Below, one piece after another: positions 1-12,317 of a DNA stretch of 56,265 nt. Each line of letters starts with the position of its first letter. Within the stretch, counting starts at the first letter, position 1. This DNA comes from Sandaracinaceae bacterium (GTDB lineage Bacteria; Myxococcota_A; Polyangia; Polyangiales; Sandaracinaceae): assembly GCA_044220955.1 (NCBI GenBank), contig JBGAQA010000010.1, forward strand, positions 1 to 56,265, in the 5' to 3' direction. The notes beneath the pieces were generated by a model, which was not told where the DNA came from, did not search any database, and saw nothing but the letters and a program-made list of their open reading frames with translations. A program made the position numbers and the translations under genes.

Positions 1-93
1 GACTCGTCGCCTCGCTCCTCGCGAGGCACGCCGCTCGTCGCGCGCGGCCGCCCGATCGTGCCCGCGGCCGTCGTCGACGGAGCGGGTGCCCCG

Positions 94-510
94 TCAGGTG
101 CAGCTCGCGCTGCCCGTGATCCGCCGCGCGCCTGGGTCGGTCGCGCAGCGGAGGTTGCAGGCGGCTCCGTCGGCGCAGCTCACGCTGCAGGTGCCCGCGC
201 ACGTCACGTTGCAGTTGGCGCGCGCGCCGCACGACACGCTCCCGCTCTGCCCGATCGCGACGTTGCAGACCGCGTCCGGCTCGCAGCTCACGCTGCACGA
301 GGCGCCGCAGCTCCCCGTGCACGCGGCACCGGCGCCGCACTCGAGCGAGCAGCTCGAGGGCCCGCAGCTGACCGAGTCGAACTCGCACGTGCTGTTCGCC
401 GGGCACGTGCAGCTGTCCGCGCCGCTGCAGCGGATGTCGTTCGGAGCGCGGCATCCGCCAGCGGCGACCAGGACCAAGAGGGGGAGCAGACCGGATGCGA
501 GGTTCCGCAC
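94..510 (-). CDS. Small cysteine-rich lipoprotein
   Basis: C-terminal part of ORF 94..2571. GTG at 510 gives MRNLASGLLPLLVLVAAGGC (signal peptide plus lipobox-like Cys), then many CxxxC units (CSLEC, CTGSC, CSVSC, CNVTC). Confidence 0.75.
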   Translation of the reverse strand: MRNLASGLLPLLVLVAAGGCRAPNDIRCSGADSCTCPANSTCEFDSVSCGPSSCSLECGAGAACTGSCGASCSVSCEPDAVCNVAIGQSGSVSCGARANCNVTCAGTCSVSCADGAACNLRCATDPGARRITGSASCT

Positions 511-533
511 GGGCCGATGGTACAACGGGTCCG

Positions 534-857
534 ATGGCGACGCCGAAGCTGCCGCCGATCCACCAGGCGCTGGACACGAGCCTCGAATCGCTGCGGTCCG
601 CGATCGCGGCGGGCCAAGACATCGAAGCGCGTGATCGATGGGGACAGACGCCGCTCTTTCGCGCGGTCGCGCAGTTCGGCGGCTGGCGCGACGCGGTCCT
701 GGTCCTGCTCGACGCGGGCGCCGACCCGAACGCGCGCCTGCCCGGCGGGCAGACCCTGCTCGACACGCTCTTCTCGGGCGTGAGCTCGGCGCTCGAGCGG
801 ATGGAGGCCCTGGAGATCGAGAAGGTGCTGCGGGCGCGCGGCTATCGGGATGGCTGA
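534..857 (+). CDS. Ankyrin-repeat protein
   Basis: GQDIEARDRWGQTPLFRAV and LLDAGADPNARLPGGQTLL match the ankyrin consensus. ATG at 534. Confidence 0.8.
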   Translation: MATPKLPPIHQALDTSLESLRSAIAAGQDIEARDRWGQTPLFRAVAQFGGWRDAVLVLLDAGADPNARLPGGQTLLDTLFSGVSSALERMEALEIEKVLRARGYRDG

Positions 858-921
858 TCGGGCACCGGATGGCGGAACGTCGCGAACGTGCGGTCGATGA
901 GGTAGCCTCCCGCCGTTTCGA

Positions 922-2574
922 ATGCGGATAGGTGTTCCCAAGGAGATCTTGCCGCTCGAGCGGCGCGTGGCGGCGACGCCCGAGTCGGTGAAGAAGCTCG
1001 TCGAGCTCGGGCTCGAGCTGGCCGTCGAGCGCGGCGCCGGCGTGGCCTCGGGGATCCCCGACGCCGCCTACGAGGCCGCTGGCGCCCAGCTCGTCGATCG
1101 CGCGGACGCGCTCGGCGCCGACGTCGTGCTGCGCATCCGACCGCCGGTCGCCGCCGACATCGCGGCGCTCAAGGCCGGCGCCATCCACGTGTCGCACGTG
1201 CACCCCGAGCGCCACCCCGAGCTGCCGGAGCTCTTCGCGAAGCAGAAGGTCACCGCGCTCGCGCTCGAGCGCGTGCCGCGCGTGACCCGCGCTCAGAAGA
1301 TGGACGTGCTCTCGTCCATGGCGAACCTCGCGGGCTACCGCGCCATCGTCGAGGCGGCCGAGCGCTACCAAGGCTTCTTCGGCAAGCAGGTCACGGCGGC
1401 CGGCTCCACGCCACCGGCGCGCGTGCTGGTGATCGGCGCCGGGGTGGCGGGCCTGGCCGCCGTCGGCGCCGCCCGCGCGCTCGGCGCCGAGGTGCGCGCC
1501 TTCGACACGCGCGCAGCCGCCCGCGAGCAGGTCGAGTCGCTCGGAGCCACCTTCCTCGAGGTCACGCTCGAGGAGAAGGGCGAGGGTCAGGGCGGCTACG
1601 CCAAGGTCATGAGCAAGGAGTTCATCGAGGCCGAGATGGCGCTCTTCCGGGCGCAGGCGGCGGAGGTGAACGTCATCGTCACGACCGCGCTGGTGCCGGG
1701 CACCAAGGCGCCCATCCTCGTTCCTAGGGACGTCGTCGACGCGCTCGCACCCGGCTCGGTGGTCGTGGATCTCGCCGCCGAGCAGGGCGGGAACTGCGAG
1801 CTCACCCAGCGCGACACGATCGTGGAGCACGCGCTGCCCCGGGGCGGGACGGCGTCGATCATCGGATTCACCGACCTGCAGAGCCGCATGGCGAGCACGG
1901 CGTCGCGTCTCTTCGCCGGCAACCTGGTGCACCTGCTCGTCGAGATGGGCGCCAAGACCGGGATCCGGGTCGACCTCGAGAACGACGTCGTGCGGCCCGC
2001 GCTGATCACGCACGAGGGTGAGGTCCTGCCACCGCCTCCCAAGAGAGAGCCGGCGCCCTCGGTCGCCAAGCCGACGTCGAGCAGCGGCGCGACGCCCGCC
2101 TCGCCGCCTGCGAACATCAAGCTGGCCCCGACGTCCGTGCGCCCGCCACCGCTGGCCAAGGAGAGCGAGCCGGCGGCGAAGGCCGAGGCGAAGAAGGGCC
2201 ACGGCCACCACGCCGGCGGGAGCGCGGAGCCCACGACGATCGGTCGCGTGCTCGGGGTCTTGCTCGCGCTGGCGCTGCTCGCGGTCGGACACGTGGCGCC
2301 CCCCGCGTTCCTCGAGCACTTCACCGTGTTCGTGCTCGCGTGCTTCGTCGGCTGGCAGGTGATCTGGTCCGTCACGCCGGCGCTCCACACACCGCTGATG
2401 AGTGTCACGAACGCCATCTCCGGGATCATCATCGTGGGCGGCATGCTCGAGATCGGACCCGACTTCGGGATCGCCACCTGGCTCGGCGCGGCTGCCGTCC
2501 TCGTCGCAGCGATCAACGTCGCGGGTGGTTTCCTCGTCACGCAGCGCATGCTGAGGATGTTCAGGCGTCAATGA
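922..2574 (+). CDS. pntA: NAD(P) transhydrogenase subunit alpha
   Basis: [44 protein letters not shown] and membrane part [20 protein letters not shown]...FLVTQRML. Confidence 0.97.
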   Translation: MRIGVPKEILPLERRVAATPESVKKLVELGLELAVERGAGVASGIPDAAYEAAGAQLVDRADALGADVVLRIRPPVAADIAALKAGAIHVSHVHPERHPELPELFAKQKVTALALERVPRVTRAQKMDVLSSMANLAGYRAIVEAAERYQGFFGKQVTAAGSTPPARVLVIGAGVAGLAAVGAARALGAEVRAFDTRAAAREQVESLGATFLEVTLEEKGEGQGGYAKVMSKEFIEAEMALFRAQAAEVNVIVTTALVPGTKAPILVPRDVVDALAPGSVVVDLAAEQGGNCELTQRDTIVEHALPRGGTASIIGFTDLQSRMASTASRLFAGNLVHLLVEMGAKTGIRVDLENDVVRPALITHEGEVLPPPPKREPAPSVAKPTSSSGATPASPPANIKLAPTSVRPPPLAKESEPAAKAEAKKGHGHHAGGSAEPTTIGRVLGVLLALALLAVGHVAPPAFLEHFTVFVLACFVGWQVIWSVTPALHTPLMSVTNAISGIIIVGGMLEIGPDFGIATWLGAAAVLVAAINVAGGFLVTQRMLRMFRRQ

Positions 2575-3995
2575 CGATCGGCGGCGAGATCACGATCGCG
2601 TACCTGATCGCCGGCGTCCTGTTCATCCGGAGCCTCGCGGGACTCTCGAAGCAGGAGACGGCGTCGCGCGGCAACGTGTCGGGCATCGTCGGGATGATCG
2701 TCGCCGTGCTGGTCACGGCGCTCGTCTGGGCGTTCGACCACCCCGATCTTCCGCTGACGGGCGTCGGCCTGCTCGTCGGCGCGATCGCGATCGGCGGTGG
2801 CATCGGCGCCGTGCTCGCGCGCCGGGTCGAGATGACGGGGATGCCCGAGCTCGTCGCGGTACTGCACAGCTTCGTCGGCCTCGCGGCCGTGCTCGTCGGC
2901 ATCGGCAGCTACCTCGAGATGGATGCACACCCGCTCACCGGCGCCGATCGCGTCGTGCACCTCGTCGAGATCTGGGTCGGCGTCGCGGTCGGCGCCGTCA
3001 CGTTCACCGGATCGGTGATCGCCTGGGCGAAGCTCCGCGGCTCGCTCAGCGGCAAGCCCCTGCTCCTGCCCGGCCGGCACGTCCTGAACGCGCTCGTCGC
3101 GCTCGCGATCGTCGGGCTGGCGGTGCCCTTCGCGGGAGCCGAGGGGTCGACCGGGCTCGTGTGGGTGCTCGTGATGACGGGGCTCGCGGGCGCGCTCGGC
3201 GTGCACCTCGTCATGGCGATCGGCGGCGCCGACATGCCCGTCGTCGTCTCGCTCCTCAACAGCTACTCCGGCTGGGCCGCGGCGGCGGCGGGCTTCATGC
3301 TCGTCAACGACGCGCTCATCGTGACCGGCGCCCTGGTCGGCTCGAGCGGCGCCATCCTGTCGATCGTGATGTGTCGGGCGATGAATCGCTCCATCCTGAA
3401 CGTCGTCTTCGGCGGGTTCGGGACGGAGGGCGGCACGCCCGCTGCCGCTGGCGCGCCGCCGGTGGGTGAGGTCCGCGAGCTGAAGGCCGACGAGGTCGCG
3501 GCCAAGCTCAAGTCGGCCAGGAGCGTGATCATCGTCCCGGGCTACGGCATGGCCGTGGCGCGCGCGCAGCAGGCGGTCCACGACCTGACGCGGGCGCTAC
3601 GGGATCGCGGTGTGAAGGTGCGCTTCGCGATCCACCCGGTCGCGGGCCGCCTGCCCGGGCACATGAACGTGCTCCTCGCCGAGGCGGGGGTTCCGTACGA
3701 CCTCGTCCTCGAGATGGACGAGATCAACGAGGACTTCGCCTCGACGGATGTCGTGCTCGTCATCGGCGCCAACGACATCGTCAACCCAGGCGCTCTCGAC
3801 GACGCCTCGAGCCCCATCTACGGGATGCCCGTGCTCGAGGTGTGGAAGAGCGCGCTGGTCGTCGTGCTCAAGCGCGGCATGGCCGCCGGCTACGCAGGCG
3901 TCGAGAACCCGCTCTTCTTCCACGAGCACACGCGCATGCTCTTCGGCGACGCCAAGAAGAGCATGGACGCGCTGGTCACCGCCGCCAGGAGCTGA
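2571..3995 (+). CDS. pntB: NAD(P) transhydrogenase subunit beta
   Basis: ATGA overlap with the pntA stop. Motifs [58 protein letters not shown] and GANDIVNP. Confidence 0.97.
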   Translation: MTIGGEITIAYLIAGVLFIRSLAGLSKQETASRGNVSGIVGMIVAVLVTALVWAFDHPDLPLTGVGLLVGAIAIGGGIGAVLARRVEMTGMPELVAVLHSFVGLAAVLVGIGSYLEMDAHPLTGADRVVHLVEIWVGVAVGAVTFTGSVIAWAKLRGSLSGKPLLLPGRHVLNALVALAIVGLAVPFAGAEGSTGLVWVLVMTGLAGALGVHLVMAIGGADMPVVVSLLNSYSGWAAAAAGFMLVNDALIVTGALVGSSGAILSIVMCRAMNRSILNVVFGGFGTEGGTPAAAGAPPVGEVRELKADEVAAKLKSARSVIIVPGYGMAVARAQQAVHDLTRALRDRGVKVRFAIHPVAGRLPGHMNVLLAEAGVPYDLVLEMDEINEDFASTDVVLVIGANDIVNPGALDDASSPIYGMPVLEVWKSALVVVLKRGMAAGYAGVENPLFFHEHTRMLFGDAKKSMDALVTAARS

Positions 3996-4025
3996 CGCTC
4001 CGAGGCGCGGCCTCGAGGCGTGGGC

Positions 4026-4199
4026 TCAGGCCTTCGCGGCTGGCTTGGCGGCGGCCGCGGGCTTGGCGGCGGCTGCGGGCTTGGCGGCCGCGGGCTTGGC
4101 GGCGCTCGCCTCGGCCTGCTTGGCGCGCCACGCGGCGAGCTGCCGCGTGCGGCGGCGCTTGATGTGCTTGCGAACGGGTCCGTCCTGGGGCTGGCTCAT
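4026..4199 (-). CDS. 57-aa basic protein with AAKP repeats (absent from the ORF track)
   Basis: Translated by hand: MSQPQDGPVRKHIKRRRTRQLAAWRAKQAEASAAKPAAAKPAAAAKPAAAAKPAAKA*. GC3-biased codons, and a TAGGGT -10-like element 9 nt upstream. Confidence 0.75.
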   Translation of the reverse strand: MSQPQDGPVRKHIKRRRTRQLAAWRAKQAEASAAKPAAAKPAAAAKPAAAAKPAAKA

Positions 4200-4222
4200 A
4201 GGGGCCGGACCCTACAACAAAA

Positions 4223-6600
4223 TCAGAAAGCGGCGAGCCTCGCCGCGACGAAGAGCCCGGCGGGCCCGAAGAACGTCGGCCGGTTCAGCCCGAAGCGGCC
4301 GCCGACGTGCAGCGTGACCGGCGAGAGGTCGACCACGACCTCCGGCACGAAGGCATAGTCGGCGCGCGAGCCGTTTCCGTCGGGGTCGCCGACGACGAGC
4401 TCGACCTCGAAGCCGATGCCGAGGACGTCCACGATCCGAGCGTCCATGCCGTAGGCGCTCGTCCACAGGCGCGCTCCCGTGCTGGCGAGATCGATCGCCC
4501 CGGCCTGCCGGGTTCGTAGGTGGAACGTGGCGCCGACCCGCCACGCCAGCTCCACCGAGGGCACCAGCCGGGCGTTCGTGACGCCCCGATCGACGCCGGT
4601 CGGGATCCACACGCCCGCGTCGATCAGGAGCGCGACCGGTCCGCGCCGGAGCGGGAGCCAGCCCAGCGTCGCGAGCAGATCGCCCGAGCCGTACTGCCAG
4701 CTCTGCACGTGCGGGCTGGTGAGGTCGATCGGCATCGCGACCGAGAAGCGCAGCTGATCATCCAGGAGCGCGCCGAAGGCCTCGAGCGATGCGCGCGCGA
4801 TGGCGCCGCCGCCGGTGTCGACCCCCGCGATGCCGATGCGCCCGCCGACGCCTCGCGCGTCGAGATCGCGCAGGCCCACGCTCTGCGAGAACGGGACACT
4901 GCCCACGGCTTCGGTGAGCGCGCCGGGAGCAGGAGGCGGCGGGGCCTGCACGACCGGCGCCGGCTCGGCAGCGGCGATCGGGCTCGCGGTGTCGTCGCCG
5001 ACCACCGGCGGCGCGCCGGCCGAGACGGCGATCGGCGCGGTGGCGAGGACCGCGTCTGCGAGAACGAGCGAGAGCGATGCGTCCGGCGTCGCCTCGGTGG
5101 GCGCGCGCACCGTCGCCACGAGCGAGTCGCCGCGCCGCATGACGCGGGTGACCGTGACGCCCTCGCCCACGACCGTCGCGTCCGGTGGGATCGTGCCCGA
5201 GGCGTCGATCACCACCTCGCTCTCCGCGCCCGCGACCAGCGCGGGCGTGTCGGTGCGCAGGGCCATCGAGGTCACGTGCAGCGGCAGGATGGACACCGGC
5301 GAGCCCGCGGCGTCGGTGCAGGTGGGCACGACGTCGCTCGTCACCACGATCTCGCTCGCGCCACCGCAGCTCACGTCGCCCGGGAGCGTGATGTGGGTGC
5401 CGGGCGCGACGTCGAGCGGGCCGGGCTCCTCGGACGGATCGATCGGCGGGAACGTCTGGCCGCCGCTCGCGCCGGGCGCGACGAAGCGAGCGTCGGCGGC
5501 CGTCACGGAGAGCGCGTCGCTGGGGCGACTCTCGAAGAAGTCCATGTCGATGGTGCTGACGCGGAGGTAGTACGTGCCCGCGGGAAAGCCGTGGAGCTCG
5601 AAGCTCGTCACCGACGCCGGTACCTCGGTCGAGCTGACGATCTCGCGACCGTCGGCGTGCCGGGCGACCTCGACACGGTAGGTGCGTGCGCCGCTGACCT
5701 GCGCCCACGCGCCCGAGATCACGGCGCCGCGGCCCGGCGCCCCGAAGAAGCGCCGCGGGCCGTTCGCCCACGCGGGCGCCGGTGGCAGCGGTCGTGGCGG
5801 GGTCGGCCGGGTGTGGGGCGCGACCGCGCTGCCCATGCCCTCGGGCACGCGCACGGCGCCGCCCGTCTGCCCGCGCACGCTCACGTCACCGACGTGGGCC
5901 GAGACCCGGCTCGTGCCTCCCTCGTCCACGCTCACGACGCTCGAGCCCCCTTGCATGTCGGCGCTCGCGGACGGCGTGGCGACGTGCAGGGCGAGCGCTC
6001 CGCTCGAGCCCGCGTCGCCGCGCAGCGCGCCGAGCGCCGCGCGCATCGAGCCCCGCTCGAGGCTCGCCTCGGAGCCCCCTCGCCGGACGCGGCCGCCCGT
6101 GTCCCCGAAGATGATCACCAGCGTGTCGGCGCGCATCGCGATCACGCTCGTGTCGCGGAACGTCAGCTCGGCCGAGCTCTGCTCCTCGGTGGTGACGTGC
6201 CAGCCGCGATAGAGATCCAGCCCCACCTGCGCCGCGCGCCAGGACTCGGTGTCGGCGGGCCGCGCCGTCACGACCCGCTCGGCGGCGGTCACGCGCGCGT
6301 CGGGCAGCGCCGAGGCGGCCGTCGCCACGCGCGGCAGGTGCAGCACCGTCCCCGCCACCAGCCGGTGCGGCGGGGGGCCCATCGAGGGGTTGTACGAGTG
6401 GATGATGTCGTAGCGTCGCGCGTTGCCCCACATCCGCTGGGCGATGCGTCCGCAGGTGTCGCCGGCGACGACCGTGTAGTCGATGATCTCGACGGCGTCG
6501 CCCGCGGCGGGCACCTGCGCGCGAGCCGCCGAGGCTCCGCAGAGCGAGAGCGCTCCGACGATCGACGCAGCCAAGAACGGAGCCGGGAGCCTGAATCGGA

Positions 6601-6604
<4 letters not shown>
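4223..6604 (-). CDS. Secreted LysM + FecR-domain protein with FN3/Ig-like region and putative C-terminal beta-barrel
   Basis: Signal peptide (..SAARA|Q), LysM YTVVAGDTCGRIAQRMWG..LVAGTVLHLP, FecR-like LYRGWHVTTEEQSSAELTFRDTSVIAMRADT, FN3-like WAQVSGARTYRVEVA..GTYYLRV. The C-terminus has amphipathic beta strands and ends in Phe. ATG overlaps the kinase stop (ATGA). Confidence 0.85.
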
Positions 6605-7946
<1,342 letters not shown>

Positions 7947-7950
<4 letters not shown>

Positions 7951-9695
7951 GCGCCGACCTCGAACACGTGCACCGGCTCCCGACGGCCGGCGAGCTCGCG
8001 CAAGCCGCCGTCGTAGAAGTCGATGGGCTCGTCCTTCGCGGCTTCCTTCGTCGCCGCCGTCACGAGGATCTGCTGCGGTCGCGCGAGGGCCTCGAGACGC
8101 GCGGCGACGTTCACCGTGTCGCCGATCGCGGTGTACTCCATCCGCGTGTCGCTCCCGATGTTGCCCACGACCGCCTCGCCGGTGTTCACCCCGATCGCGA
8201 GCTCGATCGTCACGCCGTACTTCTCCTTCCAGCGCGCGTTGCCGGCGTCGAGCCAGCGCAGCATCTCCTCCGCGGCGCGCAGCGCGCGCGCGGCGTGATC
8301 GTGCTGCTGCGCCGGAGCGTTCCAGATCGCCATCACGGAGTCGCCGATGAATTTGTCCACCGTGCCGCCGTGCCGGAACACGATCTCGGTGAGGATCGTG
8401 AAGAGCTCGTTGAGGATGGAGACGGTGACCTCGGGCGCGAGCTTCGTCGCGAGGGGCGTGAATCCGACGACGTCCGCGAAGAGCACGGTGATCGTGCGAG
8501 AGCTCCCGCCGAGCGCCATGTCCTGCTCGCGCTTCACGACGCGCTCGACGATCTCCGCCGGGAGGTAGCGCCCGAGATCCTTGCGGATGGCGATCTCGTT
8601 CGCGATCGTCTTCTCGCTCTGCGCGAGGTCACGCGAGGCCTCGCTCATCGCGTGCCCGAGGACCGCGAGCTCGTCGCGCGTGGTGATCCGCGCCCGCTCG
8701 CCGAAGCGCCTGGCGCCCAGGTGCTCGGCGAGCGCGACGAGCTGGCGGACGGGCGCCGTGATCCCGCGTGCGAGGGCCGCGCCGAGCAGGACGGAGATCA
8801 GGAGCGCGACCAGGACCGCGACCGCGACCGCGCGCTCGACCGAGGTGATCGACGCGAGCGCGACGGCGAGAGGGATCTGCGTGACGACGCGCAGGTCGCG
8901 CGCGCCGATGGGGCGCATCGTGCCGAGCCGCTCGCCGCCGGGCGCGTCGAAGCGCCCCGACCACGCGGCGCGCGAGCTCGCCTCGATCGCCGAGAGCACG
9001 CCGGCGCGAGCCGCCGCGTCGGCGCCAGCGAGCGATCGCGATCCGTTCACGAGCACGTGACCCTCGGCATCGATCACCAGGATGGCGTCGGCGACCTCCG
9101 TGAAGTGCTCCGCGCGCAGCTCCGCGACGCGGTCTTCGATGGTCGCGAGCGCCACCATCGAGGCGACGTAGCCGACGACCTCTTCGCGCCGGTGCAGCGG
9201 CACCACGAGCAGCACGCGCATTCCTTCGTCCGTCGCGCGCGCCTCTCCCATCGCAGCATCGGCGTGGTCGGCCCGGGTTCGCAGCGCTCCGGGCAGCGCG
9301 TCGGGCGGGCGCACGCCGGCGGGCGCGTCCGCCTCCGCGAGGGAGACGAGCGCGTGTCCGTCGCGGTCGTACGCCGCGACGTGGTCGATCGCGCTCTCTC
9401 CCGCGAGGCGCGCTTCGGCCAGGGCCGTCGTGGCGTCTTCGCTCAGCTCCGGGTCGAGCAAGATGGCTCCGATCCCCTCGAGGCCGTCCTCCGCTCGGCG
9501 CAGCTCGTCGTCGGCGAGCCCGGCCACGGAGTCGCCGACCGCGCCCTGCAGGTGCTGCGAGAGCACCCGCAGCGTCGTTCGATCGAGGTCGACCACGTAC
9601 GCGCCGAGGCCCACGAGGGGGAGTGCCGCGAGCAGCGAGAACGCAGCCGAGAGTTTCGTAGCGATCGAGAACCGCACCGCCGGCGTCTCTGGCAT
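7947..9695 (-). CDS. Membrane class III adenylate/guanylate cyclase (TM - Cache-like sensor - TM - HAMP - cyclase)
   Basis: [24 protein letters not shown]. Cyclase motifs [20 protein letters not shown] and [16 protein letters not shown]; Lys/Thr specificity residues suggest ATP. Confidence 0.93.
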
Positions 9696-9740
9696 TCGGG
9701 TGGTTTACACCCGGGGCGACCGATCGTAGGGTCCCAAACG

Positions 9741-11117
9741 ATGTCGAAGGTGGACGCGGGCCGCGGCATGACGCTTCCGCAGGCCCGTCGCGATCGGATG
9801 CCGGTCCGCGCGCTCGCGGCCGAGATCGTCGCCGGACCGGACCTCGGCAAGCACCACGAGGGCACGGACGAGCTGACGATCGGCACCGCGGACGGCAACG
9901 ACCTCGTCTTGAGCGACCGCACCGTCTCAGGTTTCCACGTGCGCGCGTCGCGCGGCGAAGGCGGGATCGTCCTCGAGGACCGCCGCTCGACCAACGGCAC
10001 CTTCGTCGGCGACGTGCGCGTCGAGCGCGCCATCGTGCCGGCGGGCACGCGCATCTCGATCGGCGAGAGCGTCGCGCTGCTCAAGGACGCCGGTGACGTC
10101 GAGGTCGAGCTGCTCGAGGCCGAGCAGCTCGCGGGCCTGCGCGCGTGCTCGGCGCCGATGCGCCGCCTGCTCGCGCAGATCGTGAAGGCCGCCAGGAGCG
10201 ACGTGCCGGTGCTCGTGACGGGGGAGTCGGGCGTGGGCAAGGAGCTTGTCGCGCGCGCGCTGCACGAGCTCGGGCCGCGCAAGAGCGGGCCCTTCGTCAC
10301 GGTCGACTGTGCGTCGCTCTCGCCCACGCTGATCGCCAGCGAGCTGTTCGGCCACGAGAAGGGATCGTTCACCGGCGCCGATCGACGTCACGTCGGCGCG
10401 TTCGAGCGCGGCAACGGAGGCACGATCTTCCTGGACGAGATCGGCGAGCTGCCCGAGTCGCTCCAGCCCACGTTGCTCGGCGTGCTCGAGCGGCGGCGGC
10501 TGCGTCGCGTCGGCGGGCGCGACGAGATCGCGTTCGACGCGCGTGTGCTCTGCGCGACCCACCGCGACCTGTCCGCGGAGGTGAATCGCGGCCGCTTCCG
10601 GCTGGACCTCTTCTACCGCGTGGCGGTGGTGAAGCTCGCGGTGCCGGCCCTGCGCGACCGTCCCGACGACATCCCGCTGCTCGTGCGTCACTTCTGCGAG
10701 CGGGCAGGCCGGAGCGGCGACCCGGCGGTCGAGCGCCTCTTCGGCGGCGCGCTGATGGCTGCGATGCAGCGGCACGACTGGCCGGGCAACGTTCGCGAGC
10801 TGCGCAACGTGGTGGAGGCCACGATCGCGATGGGTGAGGCGCCCGAGCTCGTGGCCCGCGCCGCAACCCTGTCTTCCCCGCCGCCGGATGGGACGGGTGC
10901 TCCGAGCCCTGCGCCCGCCTCCACGCCGCCGGCCCCGAGCCTCGTCGGGCTGTCCTACCGCGACGCGCGAGCGACCGTGCTCGCGCGCTTCGAGGTCGAG
11001 TTCCTCCGGACCTTGCTCGAGCGCGCCGGCGGGAACGTGGCCCAGGCGGCGCGCGACGCCGACATGGATCGCTCTCATCTGTTCGAGCTCCTCAAGCGGC
11101 ACAACCTGAAGAGCTGA
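9741..11117 (+). CDS. FHA-domain sigma54-dependent Fis-family enhancer-binding protein
   Basis: [31 protein letters not shown]+ [66 protein letters not shown]. Confidence 0.95.
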   Translation: MSKVDAGRGMTLPQARRDRMPVRALAAEIVAGPDLGKHHEGTDELTIGTADGNDLVLSDRTVSGFHVRASRGEGGIVLEDRRSTNGTFVGDVRVERAIVPAGTRISIGESVALLKDAGDVEVELLEAEQLAGLRACSAPMRRLLAQIVKAARSDVPVLVTGESGVGKELVARALHELGPRKSGPFVTVDCASLSPTLIASELFGHEKGSFTGADRRHVGAFERGNGGTIFLDEIGELPESLQPTLLGVLERRRLRRVGGRDEIAFDARVLCATHRDLSAEVNRGRFRLDLFYRVAVVKLAVPALRDRPDDIPLLVRHFCERAGRSGDPAVERLFGGALMAAMQRHDWPGNVRELRNVVEATIAMGEAPELVARAATLSSPPPDGTGAPSPAPASTPPAPSLVGLSYRDARATVLARFEVEFLRTLLERAGGNVAQAARDADMDRSHLFELLKRHNLKS

Positions 11118-11301
11118 CGGGCGTGCCCGCGGTCGTGGCCGGGAGCCGGACCACGTCCTGGTGCCCTGCGCGGGGCGCGCGGAGCGTCGGGCTGCCGAGC
11201 CAGCGGAGCAGGTGGTCGGCGGTGGGCACGAAGCGCGGCACGCTGCGCGCGCCAGGCGTGTGGTCATCGGATCGCGCGGGGACGTGTGGGCGGCGGGCCA
11301 T
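11092..11301 (-). CDS. Possible 69-aa small protein (or sRNA) downstream of a sigma54 promoter
   Basis: ATG at 11301 lies about 2 nt after the predicted +1 of the sigma54 site. No recognisable domain; overlaps the activator 3' end by 26 nt. Confidence 0.35.
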   Translation of the reverse strand: MARRPHVPARSDDHTPGARSVPRFVPTADHLLRWLGSPTLRAPRAGHQDVVRLPATTAGTPVSSSGCAA

Positions 11302-11313
11302 GGCCGGTCCCCG

Positions 11314-11329
11314 TGCAGGCGTCGTGCCT
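11314..11329 (-). promoter_or_regulatory. Putative sigma54 (-24/-12) promoter
   Basis: Minus strand reads AGGCACGACGCCTGCA (GG-N10-GC, close to TGGCACG-N4-TTGC). Confidence 0.6.
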
Positions 11330-11410
11330 GGAGGTCGCGCGCCGGGGACCGCGCGGATCCAGGGCCGGACGCCCCATCGCGCGCGCGCCCTCGAGGCCAG
11401 CGCCTCGCGT

Positions 11411-11448
11411 CGTCGGGAGGTACCGACGGGCGTCGGCTCAGGCCTACG
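11411..11448. promoter_or_regulatory. Tandem palindromic sites (putative enhancer/UAS)
   Basis: CGTCGG-N6-CCGACG (11411-11428) and CGTCGG-N6-CCTACG (11431-11448), 20-bp period, about 110-145 bp upstream of the predicted sigma54 start. Confidence 0.55.
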
Positions 11449-11477
11449 GGGGTCCGCCGTGGCAGCCTCCCGACCTC

Positions 11478-12317
11478 GTGCCTGCCACCGCTGCGCTCCT
11501 CGTCCTCGTCGCGGCGCTCATGCACGCGAGCTGGAACCTCCTCGCCAAGCGCGCTCGGGATCCCTTCGCGTTCCTCTGGCTCACGATGGCGCTGGCGCTC
11601 GCCTGGCTAGGACCGCTCGCGGCCTTCTCGCATCCGGAGTCGCTCGCGCGTGCGCTCTGGCCGCTCGCCGTGAGCGCGCTCGTCCACGGCGTCTACTTCG
11701 TCACGCTCGGCGAGGCGTATCGCGAGGGCGAGCTGTCCACGGTGTACCCGATCGCTCGCGGCCTCGGCGTCGGGCTGGCGCCCTTGCTCGCGCTCGCGCT
11801 CGAGGGCACCTCCCCGTCGCCTCTCGCGGGGCTCGGCATCGCCGTCGTGGTCGTCGCGATCCTGTCGCTCGCCCGCACCTCGGGCGTGCCGGCGCGACCG
11901 CGAGGTCGCGGCACGGCGCTGGCGATCGCGACCGGTCCCTTGATCGCGATCTACTCCGTGGTGGATCACCGCGGCGTGTCGAGCGCCGACCCCATCCCCT
12001 ACCTGTGCGCGACGAACCTCGGCGCGCTGGTGGTGAGCGCGCCGCTCGCGTGGCGCCGGAGCGAGGCGCTGCGGCACGAGTGGCGCGTGAGCCGAACCGC
12101 CCTCGCCATGGCGGCGACCACTTCGCTCAGCGCATACCTGCTCGTCCTCTACGCGTTCCAGCGGGCGCCGGCGGCCTACGTCGTCGCCATGCGTGAGATC
12201 TCCATCGTCTTCGCGACGGTCCTCGGGCGGGTCGTCCTCGGCGAGCCGATCACGAGGACGCGAGCCGCCGCAGCCCTCGCCATCGCGGCGGGCGCGGCGA
12301 TCATCGCGTCGAGTTGA
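11478..12317 (+). CDS. EamA/DMT family transporter
   Basis: AALMHASWNLLAKR, AYREGELSTVYPIARG, YVVAMREISIVFA; multiple TM helices. GTG at 11478. Confidence 0.9.
   Translation: MPATAALLVLVAALMHASWNLLAKRARDPFAFLWLTMALALAWLGPLAAFSHPESLARALWPLAVSALVHGVYFVTLGEAYREGELSTVYPIARGLGVGLAPLLALALEGTSPSPLAGLGIAVVVVAILSLARTSGVPARPRGRGTALAIATGPLIAIYSVVDHRGVSSADPIPYLCATNLGALVVSAPLAWRRSEALRHEWRVSRTALAMAATTSLSAYLLVLYAFQRAPAAYVVAMREISIVFATVLGRVVLGEPITRTRAAAALAIAAGAAIIASS

Noticed and set aside
7968..9740. Apparent 1049-aa activator with a long N-terminal extension
   Set aside because: The extension is the antisense of the cyclase gene; the real start is ATG 9741.
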